The notes below the pieces were generated by a model. It searched no databases. It saw only the letters and a program-made list of their open reading frames with translations, and had not been told where the DNA came from. The position numbers and the translations under genes were made by a program. From assembly GCA_030141605.1 (NCBI GenBank), contig JAQGDQ010000361.1:1-64000 (forward strand): a stretch of 64,000 nt of DNA, in the 5' to 3' direction. Source of the stretch: Tubiluchus corallicola (taxonomy: Eukaryota; Animalia; Priapulida). Positions within the stretch are counted from its first letter, which is position 1. Each line of letters opens with the position of its first letter. This document shows, piece by piece, positions 34,523 to 46,408 of this stretch.

Positions 34523-35357
34523 TGTACATGTCTTTACATGTGGGTGACGCAAAACATCAGCTCATTACCTTCATTTGTTTTACGTGGACTTCAGACAATT
34601 TCTACATTCGACTTATGCAACTAGAAAAGAAAATGGTTAATTATTTAAAATGCTTTCACAAATTGGTAAAATGTCCCTGACTCACCCTCCAGGGTGCACC
34701 ACTCACTAACCAAAAACGTACATTTAATCTTATTGACCAGATACAGTAGTTTTAATTTTTTCTTAGCTAGTGGCGTGTACGCTAGGAGTGCTCTTGTTAT
34801 TATTTTTTCAAACTTTACAGAATGTTATCTAAACTTGTTTCAAATGACTTGTCGTCAAAATGGCTGCGCGTAACGGTCATCGCGGGAGTATAAAATGTTT
34901 TATACAGCGCTACTGCCGGCGCAAGTCTAATGTGCAGAAAGGCAGTTAAGTAGGTGTTATAACATTTCTAGACGAATTTTTTAAGCTTTATCTAAATTGA
35001 GGGCTTTCTTGTGCTTTAAGTAGTAAATAGCCTAACGCAGACACATTGCAAGAAAACTAAAACGTACAGAGTCACAATTATTAATTCAGCACGCTTAGAC
35101 CCTCTTAGCTAGCGCGAAACTTTGAATGATTTTTTCCCCACAAAACACAAAAAAGATAAATCCTCATTAACCTTCGGTAAACTGTAGAAACGTCGTTTTG
35201 ATGTCACTTCTTGCAAAAAATATATAATCGATAAAAACCGCTTAAACTTGTGGCTTAAAACGAAGAAAATTTCATTAAATGTTGACATTTGGCTTGCAGT
35301 AAACGTAGACGTATAAACGCATTTAGAAGACACCATTACCCTATAGCAGCATAATAA

Positions 35358-35740
35358 GCCTTTTCACAGGTTCGTTGTGTGCACGTGCAGTTGCTGTATG
35401 TCATCGGTTCAAGTGTGAGCAGTTGCAGTAGGTCAAGTGTACCACAGCAACGCGTTTTAACCATAAGCGTCACGTGACATGTGTGTAAAGCAAAGCAGTC
35501 TGTCGCATCAGTTCAGTAACCTCAGTTGTTTCACGCGGACTTCTTAATTATGCATCTGTGCGTAGAGTGATTTACTAGCAGGGTCTTGCTTGGAAACAAG
35601 AAAAAATGAACTCGGTAATGTCTTAGCTACGATAGCTTGAGCTGTGAGGCACTGTCAAGTGTACACGAATGCGTTGTCTGGTACACTTTTACCTTTGACA
35701 TGTCCATAATCATCATCAATCGTTGGAACTGTGAAAAGGC
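35358..35740. mobile_element. MITE with TIR gccttttcacag (Harbinger/Tourist-like)
   Basis: taa|gccttttcacag...ctgtgaaaaggc|tta. Related copies at ~41962-42333, ~11030-11400 and ~13640-13757. Confidence 0.7.
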
Positions 35741-37289
35741 TTATTGCCGAAAATAAAATATAACAGTATTCATAGGAGTCTATGTTTTCAGATTTAACAG
35801 ACGTTTTCGTATCAGACACATCTTTGTTAATTTATAACAATTTTTTTATGAGGATAGCTGGGTAAACAAATTTTTCTGCACTACCTTGCATTTGACTTTC
35901 TAGGCATCCCTAGGCTGTCACGTGACCTTGAAATTTACCCTTTGTGTTGCCGTTTTCACGCCGTTATCATGCTTATTAAGCTGAGTAGCTATTTAGTAAA
36001 CGCGTTGCTTCGGGCTGGTTGTTTGAGAATTATATTTTCCGTCAAGTCACAGGACTATAATTGGCTTGATTAACCATAGCAAGTGAATTCCGTTTAAAAC
36101 TCACTGAGATGACATAAATTACTGAGATGATAGCATTTGGAAGCCAAGTTTTTTTGAAGCTAAGAGAAATTTCATTTGAAGGCGATTAGCAAAAATTGTG
36201 TACTTGTGCAAATGCCATAATGCAAAATTAAAGAACCGCTAAATTTCTAAACTGCTAGTACTCTTAATGGCTTCCATGAAATTCCGTCATAATGTCGAAC
36301 GGTCCTACATCCAAGCAAAACCGGAGCCAATGTTAAACTGTAGGTCTAAACAGACTATTCTTTAAATTATTGAAGAAAACGTACTATTTTTTTCAAAAGT
36401 GACTTACGTGAAAGAATTGTTACCACACAAACACAATTTCACTAGTTCTTCGCTGTTACATGCATTTCGCTTTTCGCTAGTTAGTCGGGCCCTAGCGCCT
36501 GCATTTCGTAAACGCATTGCACAAAAAACTGGTGCCGTACCTCTCAATTCAGATGTGTTAGTTTGTGATAAACTTCATGTCCATGCATGAGCACAGTGTC
36601 TAAATTTGAAATTTGAATTTTTATCTTAAAACTTGCCTAGTTTTAGTGCAACACACTGAATCTCTTACAGTAGCACTGTACTTCAATTTTCGCTTTCACA
36701 AACACGTGCAACACGCTCGTGGAATGTTTTTGATGTTGAAGGTTATGTTAGTTAGTGTTGTCATCACTAGTTGCGTTAATCGCCCGTCGTTAATTAAGAT
36801 TTTAATCTATTATTTAAAAACGTTTTTACATTATTATTGGTGTTAAAATGTATACTTTTTACAGTACTTGAAAATGGGGTAGTATATGAAAAATCATCCT
36901 GTCTTCCTTTGCGCTATAGCTCAAGTATATAATATTTAACGAAAACATAATTGTTTTTCGAGAATGTCATGCAAGAATTATTACTATGAAAGTTTAATTT
37001 ACGTTCGTGCCCCGTTCTTCTATTAGCTAGTTAGATGGATACAACGCCTGCATCTCGAAAAGCTTTGCACAAAAACGAATGCTGTACTGTTCAGTTCAGT
37101 TCTGGCATATTGCACATTTGTGGTGAAATCACGCTGAATGCTGCATTGTACTTCAATTTTTTCTTTCACGTGATATGCTCGTGGAATATTTGTAACCGTT
37201 GCAAAAATTATGTACAAATTATGTTTCATAGAGGTGTGTCAGAGGTTTACAAAAAATAAAATAAAAATAAAATAAAATAAAATAAAATT

Positions 37290-37638
37290 GTCATATCATA
37301 TCATTTCAAATGGGCAGCTGTACAGCAGCGCTAAAGAGGATCTTTGGAGCACTGAAATCAGAATCAGAAAACCAAGATTGGTAGGACATATAACGAGATT
37401 GCCGGAAACAACACCAGTAAGATTAGCATTGAACGAGGCGCTGAAACCTATTAAAAGACCTCCAGGCAAAACCAAAAACAACTTGGATATCAAGAATTAA
37501 TAAAGATTTACAACAGCTGGAACCAAACTAACAAAGAGTTGAAAATTTTAGCTGCAGACAGGAAACAGTGGAGTGTTCTAATAAAGGATATATGTCAACA
37601 ATGGATATTTAGAGCAACAGAAGAAGAAGAAGAAGAAG
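37290..37638 (+). mobile_element. RTE-clade LINE 3' fragment with (GAA)n tail
   Basis: ISNGQLY...IRKPRLVGHITRLPETTPVRLAL...RPPG...AADRKQW; ends caacagaagaagaag. Confidence 0.8.
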
Positions 37639-38249
37639 GAATATCTTTCTACACAGTACACATGTATCACACTTAAATCAACGATTGCATCTTGAATAAT
37701 TGTTTTTTGATGTTAAGCTAGATACTGATCCGCCTCACAACCAACGCCATAGTAATCCCTGCCTTTTATCGAGTGCACGGATTATGGCGTGTAGTCTCTA
37801 CACACTGAGTGCAAGTCATGCTCATATGCAATTCAGACTCGTGTTAAAAACAGTAGACGGCTTTGGCCTTCTGCATAAAATACTATGACGACACTGTTTG
37901 CAAAAATTATCACAACATTTATAATAATTGCGATACAATTTCACAGATTTTTCTCATAATCGCAATACAATAAAACCAAAAAAATACTTGAGCCAAAACA
38001 TTATTAATTTTTTTTTACAAAGTGTAACAATTTCGTGCAAGTATGAAAGGTTGATTTTTCCACTGAAGCTACGCTCATCTGACGTCACAGTAATGATGAA
38101 GATCGAAAATTTTTGTGGTAGAAACTTCCCAGTTGTTTTTCCCTTCTGCTTGTAAATTTGTCATTTCAATTTTGCTAGGGAGAATTTTCAATAATATTTC
38201 TGAAAAAGAAAAAAAATCATGTATTAGTAAGGTGCTCTAAGCGCGATTT

Positions 38250-38455
38250 AAAATTTTGAATGATGGCATCGTAATTGATGAGACGCAAAATAGGAAACCG
38301 AAAGCAATATACTGTTTTGTCAAAGATAAATCAATTCTCACCAGCAAGAAACTTTCCCTCAAAACAAATTTGAGACTTCTCAGTGCATTTGTAACCAGTA
38401 TCTTCACGTACAATAGTAAAATGTGGTGTTTGACTGCAACTCTGGAAATGCTAAT
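38250..38455 (+). mobile_element. RTE-clade LINE fragment
   Basis: KKLSLKTNLRLLSAFVTSIFTYNSKMWCLT, same family as 42941-43393. Confidence 0.7.
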
Positions 38456-38586
38456 AAATTACGACACAATTTCATACATCATTGTATGTCAAAGTAAATA
38501 ACCTGCAGTTCCAATTCAACAAATATTCTCAGTAAGGCTGTCATACCGTGAAGTTTTGCAGAGCCTGTATTTCGACAGAGATGGAC

Positions 38587-39040
38587 CTACCCCCGTCGTT
38601 GCCCTTTAGGTCTAGGTCGTTGCCATGGGGGCCGAGGGCGCTGCCCTGGGGGCCGAGGGCGCGGAGGTCCCCCTCCTAAAACCCAAGGATTGTCGATTGA
38701 GATATATACTCCAGGCTGTGGATTGAAAGGAGAGCGTCTACCAGAACGTCTTCCATAACGAGAACGTCGACGGGAAGGATGGCGCCGACGGGAACGTCTT
38801 CCATAACGAGAACGTCGACGCGAACGGGAACGGGAACGTCTACGGGAACGTCGTCTCTCAAGGCGAGAAATTCCACCTGGAAAGCAAAGTTTATTAAAAT
38901 CACACGGATTTCTTAATTGATTTCAACATCAGTTTCCTAATCCTCCTTATTACTCCAGGCATTAATTGCTTTAATGAAGGTTTATACTCTTATCTGCTTT
39001 TTGACGCTATAACATGCCTGTGTGCCTACTTACCAGCCAT
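38587..39040 (-). CDS. Two-exon 98-aa Arg/Ser-rich protamine-like protein with C-terminal PRP repeats: join(39040..39034,38876..38587)
   Basis: aaaaatATGGCTG|gtaagt, 157-nt intron, ctttgctttccag|GT, phases match. Protein MAGGISRLERRRSRRRSRSRSRRRSRYGRRSRRRHPSRRRSRYGRRSGRRSPFNPQPGVYISIDNPWVLGGGPPRPRPPGQRPRPPWQRPRPKGQRRG*. An in-frame TGA lies upstream of the ATG and the exon is a GC-rich island. Confidence 0.75.
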
Positions 39041-39419
39041 ATTTTTCTTTAGTTGGTAAAAAGAGAGAGATCCGACACCAACTTCCTCAGCCGAGCGTCA
39101 GACGGAGAATCAACTCCTTCAGATTCTGGTGTTAGTTCAAAAAGAAAGTTGAACAGTTTTCATGGCAACGATTGTACGTCATCAATACAATATGCGTCAT
39201 CGTGCATACGTATCAATATTTGCAGTGATTTTGTATAATGGAAAACCTAGACAAAATTTGGTTTTAACGACCAGTTTTGAAATCGCTGGAATTTCTAGGA
39301 AAATGTTAAAGGAAATGAAAAGTAAAATAAGTCAGTGTAAAATTTAATATTTATTTTATCGCGCTGTACTAAATTTAACAGAATTACCGAAATTTATCTG
39401 CATGTTATTTACACAAACA

Positions 39420-39830
39420 ACTGAGAGTCTCATACATATCTTCATAATGTCCGATCTTGATAATTGCAATAGTTAATTTTTGGACTCCCTGAATACGAAA
39501 ATCGCAAACAGCAACTAATTCAGAACTCTGTTGGTCAGACCTCAGAATTCAGTGCTCATTATAAAAACTATGATAACATTATACCCATTCTAAGAGAGTT
39601 ACAATAATTGCCCATAAAGTTCCAAATTCAATTTAAAATTCCTTGTATCACCTACAAAATACTACATGGTTTGGCACCTGCATACTTTACTGATCTTCTA
39701 ATATGCCGTAGCATAGGTCAAACACTTTCTTCTAATGCTAATGAAAAAATTAATTTACATCAGCCAGTTTCTCTCTTTGCTTCGAATCTCTGGAATAACT
39801 TACCGGTTACTAAATGTTCTGAAAATTATA
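39420..39830 (+). mobile_element. L2-type LINE ORF2 C-terminal fragment
   Basis: RLDNCNS...GLP...QLIQNS...IIPILREL*LPIKFQIQFKI...TYKILHGLAPAY...LWNNLP. Confidence 0.75.
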
Positions 39831-40156
39831 TCTTTAGCTAAGCTACATAACTGTTTATCTTGTATGTCCAGTATGTATGACTTTTATGTGCTTTAATGTT
39901 TTCAGTTTTCCAATAAGGGTGTCATAGTTTAAGAAAATTTAATTAAATGAAATCGTAGCATCATATTCATGTAAAGTAGAAAAATAGATTATGGTTTATT
40001 GTCGTCATCGTAGTCCTTGACGTCGTTGTTAAACAAGTTATTATAATTTTTATAGGCTTGCTGCTTCTTTGTCACAGTAATTTTAATGTGTTTGTCTGCA
40101 AGATGCACCTGCAATCAACACAAAATTACCATTACTGTTTTATTTTTAAATATTAA

Positions 40157-40767
40157 AGCAAAACCGGACCCAAACTTAAAATGTAGGTCAAAACAATCTA
40201 CTCCTTAAAATAATTAAAGGAAAGGAACTACTTTTACAAAAATGGCTTACGTGAAAGAATTATTACCACACAAACACAATTTCAGGTTCGCGCTACTAGT
40301 TCTTTGCTGTTACCTGCATTTCTCTATTTGCTAGTTGGACGAACACGCGCATTTCGGAAACGCATTGCACAAAAAACATATGCTGTACCTCTCAGTTCAA
40401 ATGTGTTAGTTTGTGACGAACTATACACGTTTGACAGTTCATGCGTGAGCACAGCGGTAAATTTGAAATTTGAATTTTTATTTTAAAACCTATATAGTTT
40501 TAGCGCAACACATTGAATATCTTACAGTAGCACTGTATTTCAATTTTCACTTTTGCAAACACGTGCAACATGCTCGTGGAATACTTTTGCTGTTGAAAAT
40601 TATGTTAGTTTGTGATGTCATCAATAGTTGGGCTCGCCCGCCGTTAATTAAGTTTTTAATCTATTATTTAATTATCAGAAAAGCTTTTGCAGTATTAATC
40701 AGATTACATTGTATACTTTTATCGGACTTGAAAATGGGGTAGTATAGGAAAATCATCCTGTCTTCTT
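40157..40767. mobile_element. Non-autonomous TTAA-flanked DNA transposon, family B (Kolobok-like)
   Basis: ttaa|agcaaaaccggac...atcctgtcttctt|ttaa. Homologous copies at ~36313-36908 and 47434-48047, with partials at ~37030-37200 and ~44360-44526. Confidence 0.7.
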
Positions 40768-42791
40768 TTAAAGCATCCAGTTTGTCTAACACAGTCGCCA
40801 TTTTTCCTACGTTTTAGGCGAGAAAGGTAAGAGTAGGATGAAAATAGAGTGCGCTTGGTAATCAAAGTTAAGCAATACTAAATCTGGTCAGTGTAAGTGC
40901 TTGAGATAATGAGAGACCCCTAGAAAACTGTTTCTTTTTTATTTGCTTTTCATATTGACCCGCCTATTTACCTTGTTGAGGGAGAACATATAAAGCCAAA
41001 GTACAAGGCTAAGTACTAGGTTGCGGGCCGGTAACAGCTATCAACATCCGTCCAGAAATAGTGAAATTGGAGGAAAAGCGGATTTTAAGACATATCACAA
41101 ATAACTTCCCATGCAAAGTTGTGCTACCTAGCATTACATTATTTGAAAGATTTATGTAAATGGAAGAGAAAATTTTTAATAATTTAAAATATTCGTGCCA
41201 CTTGGTAAAATGTCACTGTACCACCATCCCAGCGTGCACCACTGATTTGCCAAGAAAACTACACGTTATTGGTCTTACTAAGAATATAAGGTACGTGTAA
41301 TTTTTGTTTAGCTAGTGAAATCTGAAATAGGAATATTCTCATTATTTCTTCAAACTTCACGTAATGTTATCGAAACATGTTTCAAACGATCTACCGTTAA
41401 AATGGCTACGGCTAACGGCCGTCGCAGAAGCTTAAATTTACAAGTTTTATACAGCGTTACTACTAACGCAAACCCCGTATGTAATAAGATAACTAGTAAG
41501 TGATACAAAATTTCAAAAAGAGTTTTTCAAGCTTTATTTGTGAAGAGTGTTTTTGTGCTTTAAACAACACAGGAATTAAGTTTGCGCAAGTGTAATAAAA
41601 GTATTAATGACAAAGGTATACACGCGTAGCGATCACAAAAAATGGGTGACTTCTCTTCAAAGTCTTACTAGTTTTTTTGAAAGTTTAACAAGTTTGTGAA
41701 ATTTTAAGTAGCTTGTTTTTACTGATAGTCATTACAGAACTTACTAAAACGGAAAGCGTTCTGGCTTCAGGTTCTCTTTGTTATTGTTTTTCTTCTTCGC
41801 TTGCTGAGTGGCTTCTAAAATCTTTTTAGAGAAAATCTTGCATTGATAAAATTGCTGAAAAAGATGAAAACTATAAGCTAGCCATCTTAGGCAGCTGACA
41901 CCTTTGTTATATATATGACCGCTAACTGACACAGATGGCAAGATTTGTACAGTTTTAATAAACCTTTTCACAGTTTCATTGTGCGCTCGCGCAGTTGCTG
42001 TAGGTCAAAGGGTAAGTGTACCACAGCAACGCGTATTAACTGACATATGTGTAAAGCAAAGTCATCTACCTGCATCAGTTTAGTAACTCCAGTTGTTTTA
42101 CGTGAATTTTACTTAATAATGCATTAGTCTGTGCGTAGAGTGATTTATTAGCAGGATCTTGCTTGGGAACAAGAAACAATGAACTAGGCAAGGTTCCAGC
42201 TAGCTGTTAAAACTGTTACTATTACAATAGTACGGGCTGCGAGGCGTTGCCAAGTGTACACAAATGCGTTGTCTGGCACACTTAACCTTTGGTCTTCGGC
42301 GATCATCATCAATCGCAGGAACTGTGAAAAGGCTGATTTTCATTGTAGATAGATAATCCAAAGTTCCTATTCAAAATGTCATTTATTTAGCAAGACTGCT
42401 CATAAAAATCCTAAGTTAAATTCTCCTTTCATTTTTATTTTTGTTTATTAAATTTTGTTGACATCATATAAAATTACGAAAGGTAAGAACAGACAAGAGA
42501 TAAATCTTATTTGAACAAGTCTAATGTGGTATCAATATTCAAGCTAGGGCCATCTCTTAAATCAACAGTAATAACTACATTTACATAAAACATGTTCCTT
42601 ACTTTGAATGATCGAACGGTGAGACACGGGCAAAGAAGCCATTCTTTGTGAATCCTAGATATGTGGCCGAAGTGGCCCCCTAGAGGGCCTAATAAACCCA
42701 TCCTCCTGCACGAGAGCCTCGACGTGAACGGTAACTGATTGAGGCTGATTAAGAAATTGAGGCTGAAAAGCAAAGTTCATGATAATATTTT

Positions 42792-43500
42792 TTCTTCAGA
42801 ATCTCATTCCACCTATTGTAGGCATTGATGCATCAACCTTTATCAGAGTATTCCACCCACTCTTATCTGCAGGTAACAGCATAAGTTCTTCTACTCCTAA
42901 AGATAGATTTGGTTGAAGCTGTTGAACATCTTTATTTATCTTAGCTATCCAAGTAGCTTTTGGTTTGCCATGTGGTTTTTTTGCAAGATTTTAAGGCTTC
43001 CTCTAAGGCGATTCTTACTGGTGCTTCATTTGGTAATCTTAAAAGATGCTCTTGCCATCTTAATCTTCGAATCTTAACTTTTGAACTCCAAGAAATTTCT
43101 TTCGTTTTGGTGTATAAATCTTTATTTTTGATTATGTATGGCCATATTACCTTTAAAACTTTCCTTAGAAGACTTCCATGAAATGTGTCAACTTGCTTTT
43201 CTTGAGTAACTGTTAAACGCCAAGTTTCGCTGTTGAACATAAATATGCTGGTAACGTAAGCATTAAATAGTCGAAGTCTTACGTCAAGACTTAATTTCTT
43301 GTTAGCTAATACATTTTTATGTTGAAGAAAAGCAAGCATTGCTTGTTGCTTTCTGTTTTTAATATCATCTGCGGTGTTTAGAATACTGCGCATGTACTTG
43401 CACTTTTTCCAAGACTGATTTCCATCTCTTGCAATAATATAATCTTCTGTTTTTGACTAGTTTACTTGAAGATTTTTTCTCTATTTTTTTTGGAAAATCC
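42792..43500 (-). mobile_element. RTE-clade LINE 3' fragment
   Basis: ORF 42941-43393: RLFNAYVTSIFMFNSETW...LLRKVLKVIW...RRLRWQEHLLRL. Confidence 0.85.
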
Positions 43501-43859
43501 CTTTTTATTGTGTTAGTTTAATATTACATGATCCAAATAACTTTACAAGATCCAAATAAATGTGGTACAGAATTCGATTATTAAGAACTTGACATAGAAC
43601 CAACTTACCAGCCATGTTCCCGGGAGAGAGAAACCCAAAATGACGCTTTACGCTCTAAACAAGCCACTCAGACAAGCAAAAGTAAGCATCAGAATGAATT
43701 TGTACAAAGTTAAGTCGTTGTCATGGTAATTTTCACTAGACATCATCACTAATTCGATTATATATCTCATAATGCATGATGAAAAATGCGTCAGTAATGG
43801 CTTTTCCAAATTCTGAACAGATCAAGAATTCCCAAAGTTACTAAAAAAGAAATATCAAA

Positions 43860-44350
43860 TTTAATAACACGAAAATTGAAGAGTATTGAAATTATCCCTC
43901 AAAACAAGGCTGTGACTCATGTACAACAGTGAAATGTGGGTCTTAACTGAGGATACAGAAATAATTGTATTTCACAGAGTCCCACTTAGAAAACTGCTAA
44001 AAATAAAATGGACATATATCATTTCAAATGAGCAGCTGTATAACAGAAGTAAAATCAGAATCGGAAGGCTAAGATGGGTAGGACATTTAATGAAATTGCC
44101 AGAAATAACACCAGTAAGATTAGCATTAAACGAGGCACTGAAACCTACTAACCAACCTCTCCAGGGAAACCAAAAACAACTTGGATATCAAGAACTAATA
44201 AATATTTACGGCAGCTGAGACCAAATTTAACAATAGCATCACAGGAGGTTTTTCATAAATTTAGCTGCAGATAGAAATTCAGTGGTGTGCTCTAATAATG
44301 GATGGAGGCTCAGTGTGTACAATAGATGTTTTGGGCAACAGAAGAAGAAC
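43860..44350 (+). mobile_element. RTE-clade LINE 3' fragment
   Basis: YNSEMW...LRKLLKIKW...RLRWVGHLMKL; ends caacagaagaag like the 37290 copy. Confidence 0.8.
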
Positions 44351-46320
44351 AACAAAATTATGTTCAGTTGTGACGTTATCGCTTGTTGCGATCTCCGCTC
44401 GTTAATTAAATTTTTAACTTATTATTAAATTAACACCAACACTCAGCATTATTGTAGGTGTTAAAATGTATACTCTTTACTGTACTTCAAAATAGAGCAG
44501 CATATAAAAGATCATCCTGTTTTCCTTTAATAAAATAAAATAAGCTTGCCATAAGAGGAATGTATGAAGAAATTCGTCAGATTTTGTATTATATTATATT
44601 TAACTAACGTAAATATTCTTGTAAATTCTTACTAACAAAAATTGACGAATTGCACGGTTATAATATATACCTAATATAAGAATAGCTAATGGCAACGCAA
44701 AACCAACAGTTTTTAGCATGCCAGTACAATATAATTGTTTATTTTTTCATTGTTTGCTAAATGTGCGAAGCTTGATTGTAAAGTGACCACTCCCTTAATG
44801 GCTGTTGTTTGTTTTGATATATATATATATATATATACTATGCTGAATTCTTTCCAGGTGACAATAGGTAAACAATACATAAGTATTATATCACTTGATC
44901 AAATGATCAGCACTGCATGCTATGAATTTATAAATAGAAATAAGTCGGCTGGCTGGTTCGATAACGTATGTTCTTCGCCACCCCTTCCCATTTGATCGGC
45001 TATACATCACACTAAAATTACATGTTGGGATTAAACAATAAATGATTTGATTTGATTTGAACTTCATTCACGTGCGCTTGGCGAAGTGATATACAATGGT
45101 TCTTACGTAGCGTATAGACAAAGTATGCTTCTACATTTGGAAAAGTAATTATTATTGAACCATCCTGGAAAGGAGGCTTCATAAAAACATTCTTCGTGCT
45201 CTGAGCTGCAGAACACGTGGCTTATTGGAAACCGATCATTAGCAGACAGTACATCAAAATAAGGCATGAATGAGGCCGAACAAAAGCAAATTGCGTACCT
45301 CGCTCACTAATTTATCTACATACAGATCGATGCAGCCCGCAAAATGTGCGCATGTGCAAACGTAACTGCTCTGCAGCAGCAGCAGCATTAGCAGCAATAA
45401 CAATTTTTCTTCACCTGTGTGTTTGTTAGGGCATCACTTCGCAGTGTTGTGTGGCTAAGAATTGTTTATTTTTTGCTTTGCGAAATTAATGTACTTCGCT
45501 GCTTACGTGAAATTTATACTTACTATATATGCTTATGGTAGATATAGAAAGATTGTGAAGCAAGTGTTCGCTAGTTATGCAGGCCTGTGTAGGCCTAACA
45601 GGTAGGAGGAAGGTATTGGGAAACATCGAACAATTATACAGCTCATTTTTAAAGTCGTTGAACAATATATTACATTTTTTATGTAGCATATAATTTATAG
45701 TGCACACGAATACACTACTGAAGCACACTAATCACACGTATTGTATAAACAATGGCATTACTATAGTGCAAAAGTTTTAATCATCGGAGGTAAAATATTC
45801 CAAGTTTGAAGTGCTTTCATAAGTTACGTGTTTGTCTCAAGTTAATATTAATTGAGTCAACTGTGTAGTGAGGTCCCCTCGAGACAGGGAGGTTTAGTGA
45901 TGCTGCAGACCTATTACGAAGATGCTAAGATGCAGATGCTAAAGTCTTCATGTCACGCGTAATGATAACGAAACAGGTATGAGTTTTTAGCTTTGTGAGT
46001 ATTTTAAAGTACTAAACTTTCATCAATTATAATTAAATAAGTAAGTAATTAACTAATTAAAATGATTCAAGTTACGGTTAACATGTGAAATATTGTGTCA
46101 ACACACAATATTTGATAATTTTTGTTAAATTTAAAGATTATCTGCTGTTGACAAGTTGATAGTGCATAGCCTGTACTGGAAATTATATTGCCTATTTCTA
46201 GGACCTGATAATTAAATATACCTATTTGGTAATTAAATATGTTGTAAACTAATGACTAATATATTAGTAGTAATTTTAAATACGTTGATTTCGTCACTTA
46301 AAGGTACTGTAAACGAATTA

Positions 46321-46408
46321 AGTAAACAGTATTAGTAAACAGTATTAGTAAACTGTATTAGTAAACTGTATTAGTAAACAGTATTAGTAAACTGTATTAG
46401 TAAACTGT
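46321..46408. repeat. 13-bp minisatellite (agtaaac[a/t]gtatt) x ~7
   Basis: Direct reading. Confidence 0.85.

Noticed and set aside
38676-38903. Val/Asp/Pro-rich ORF in the track
   Set aside because: Alternative frame of the Arg/Ser exon; it has a non-ATG start inside the predicted intron, whereas the Arg frame has phase-matched splice sites.
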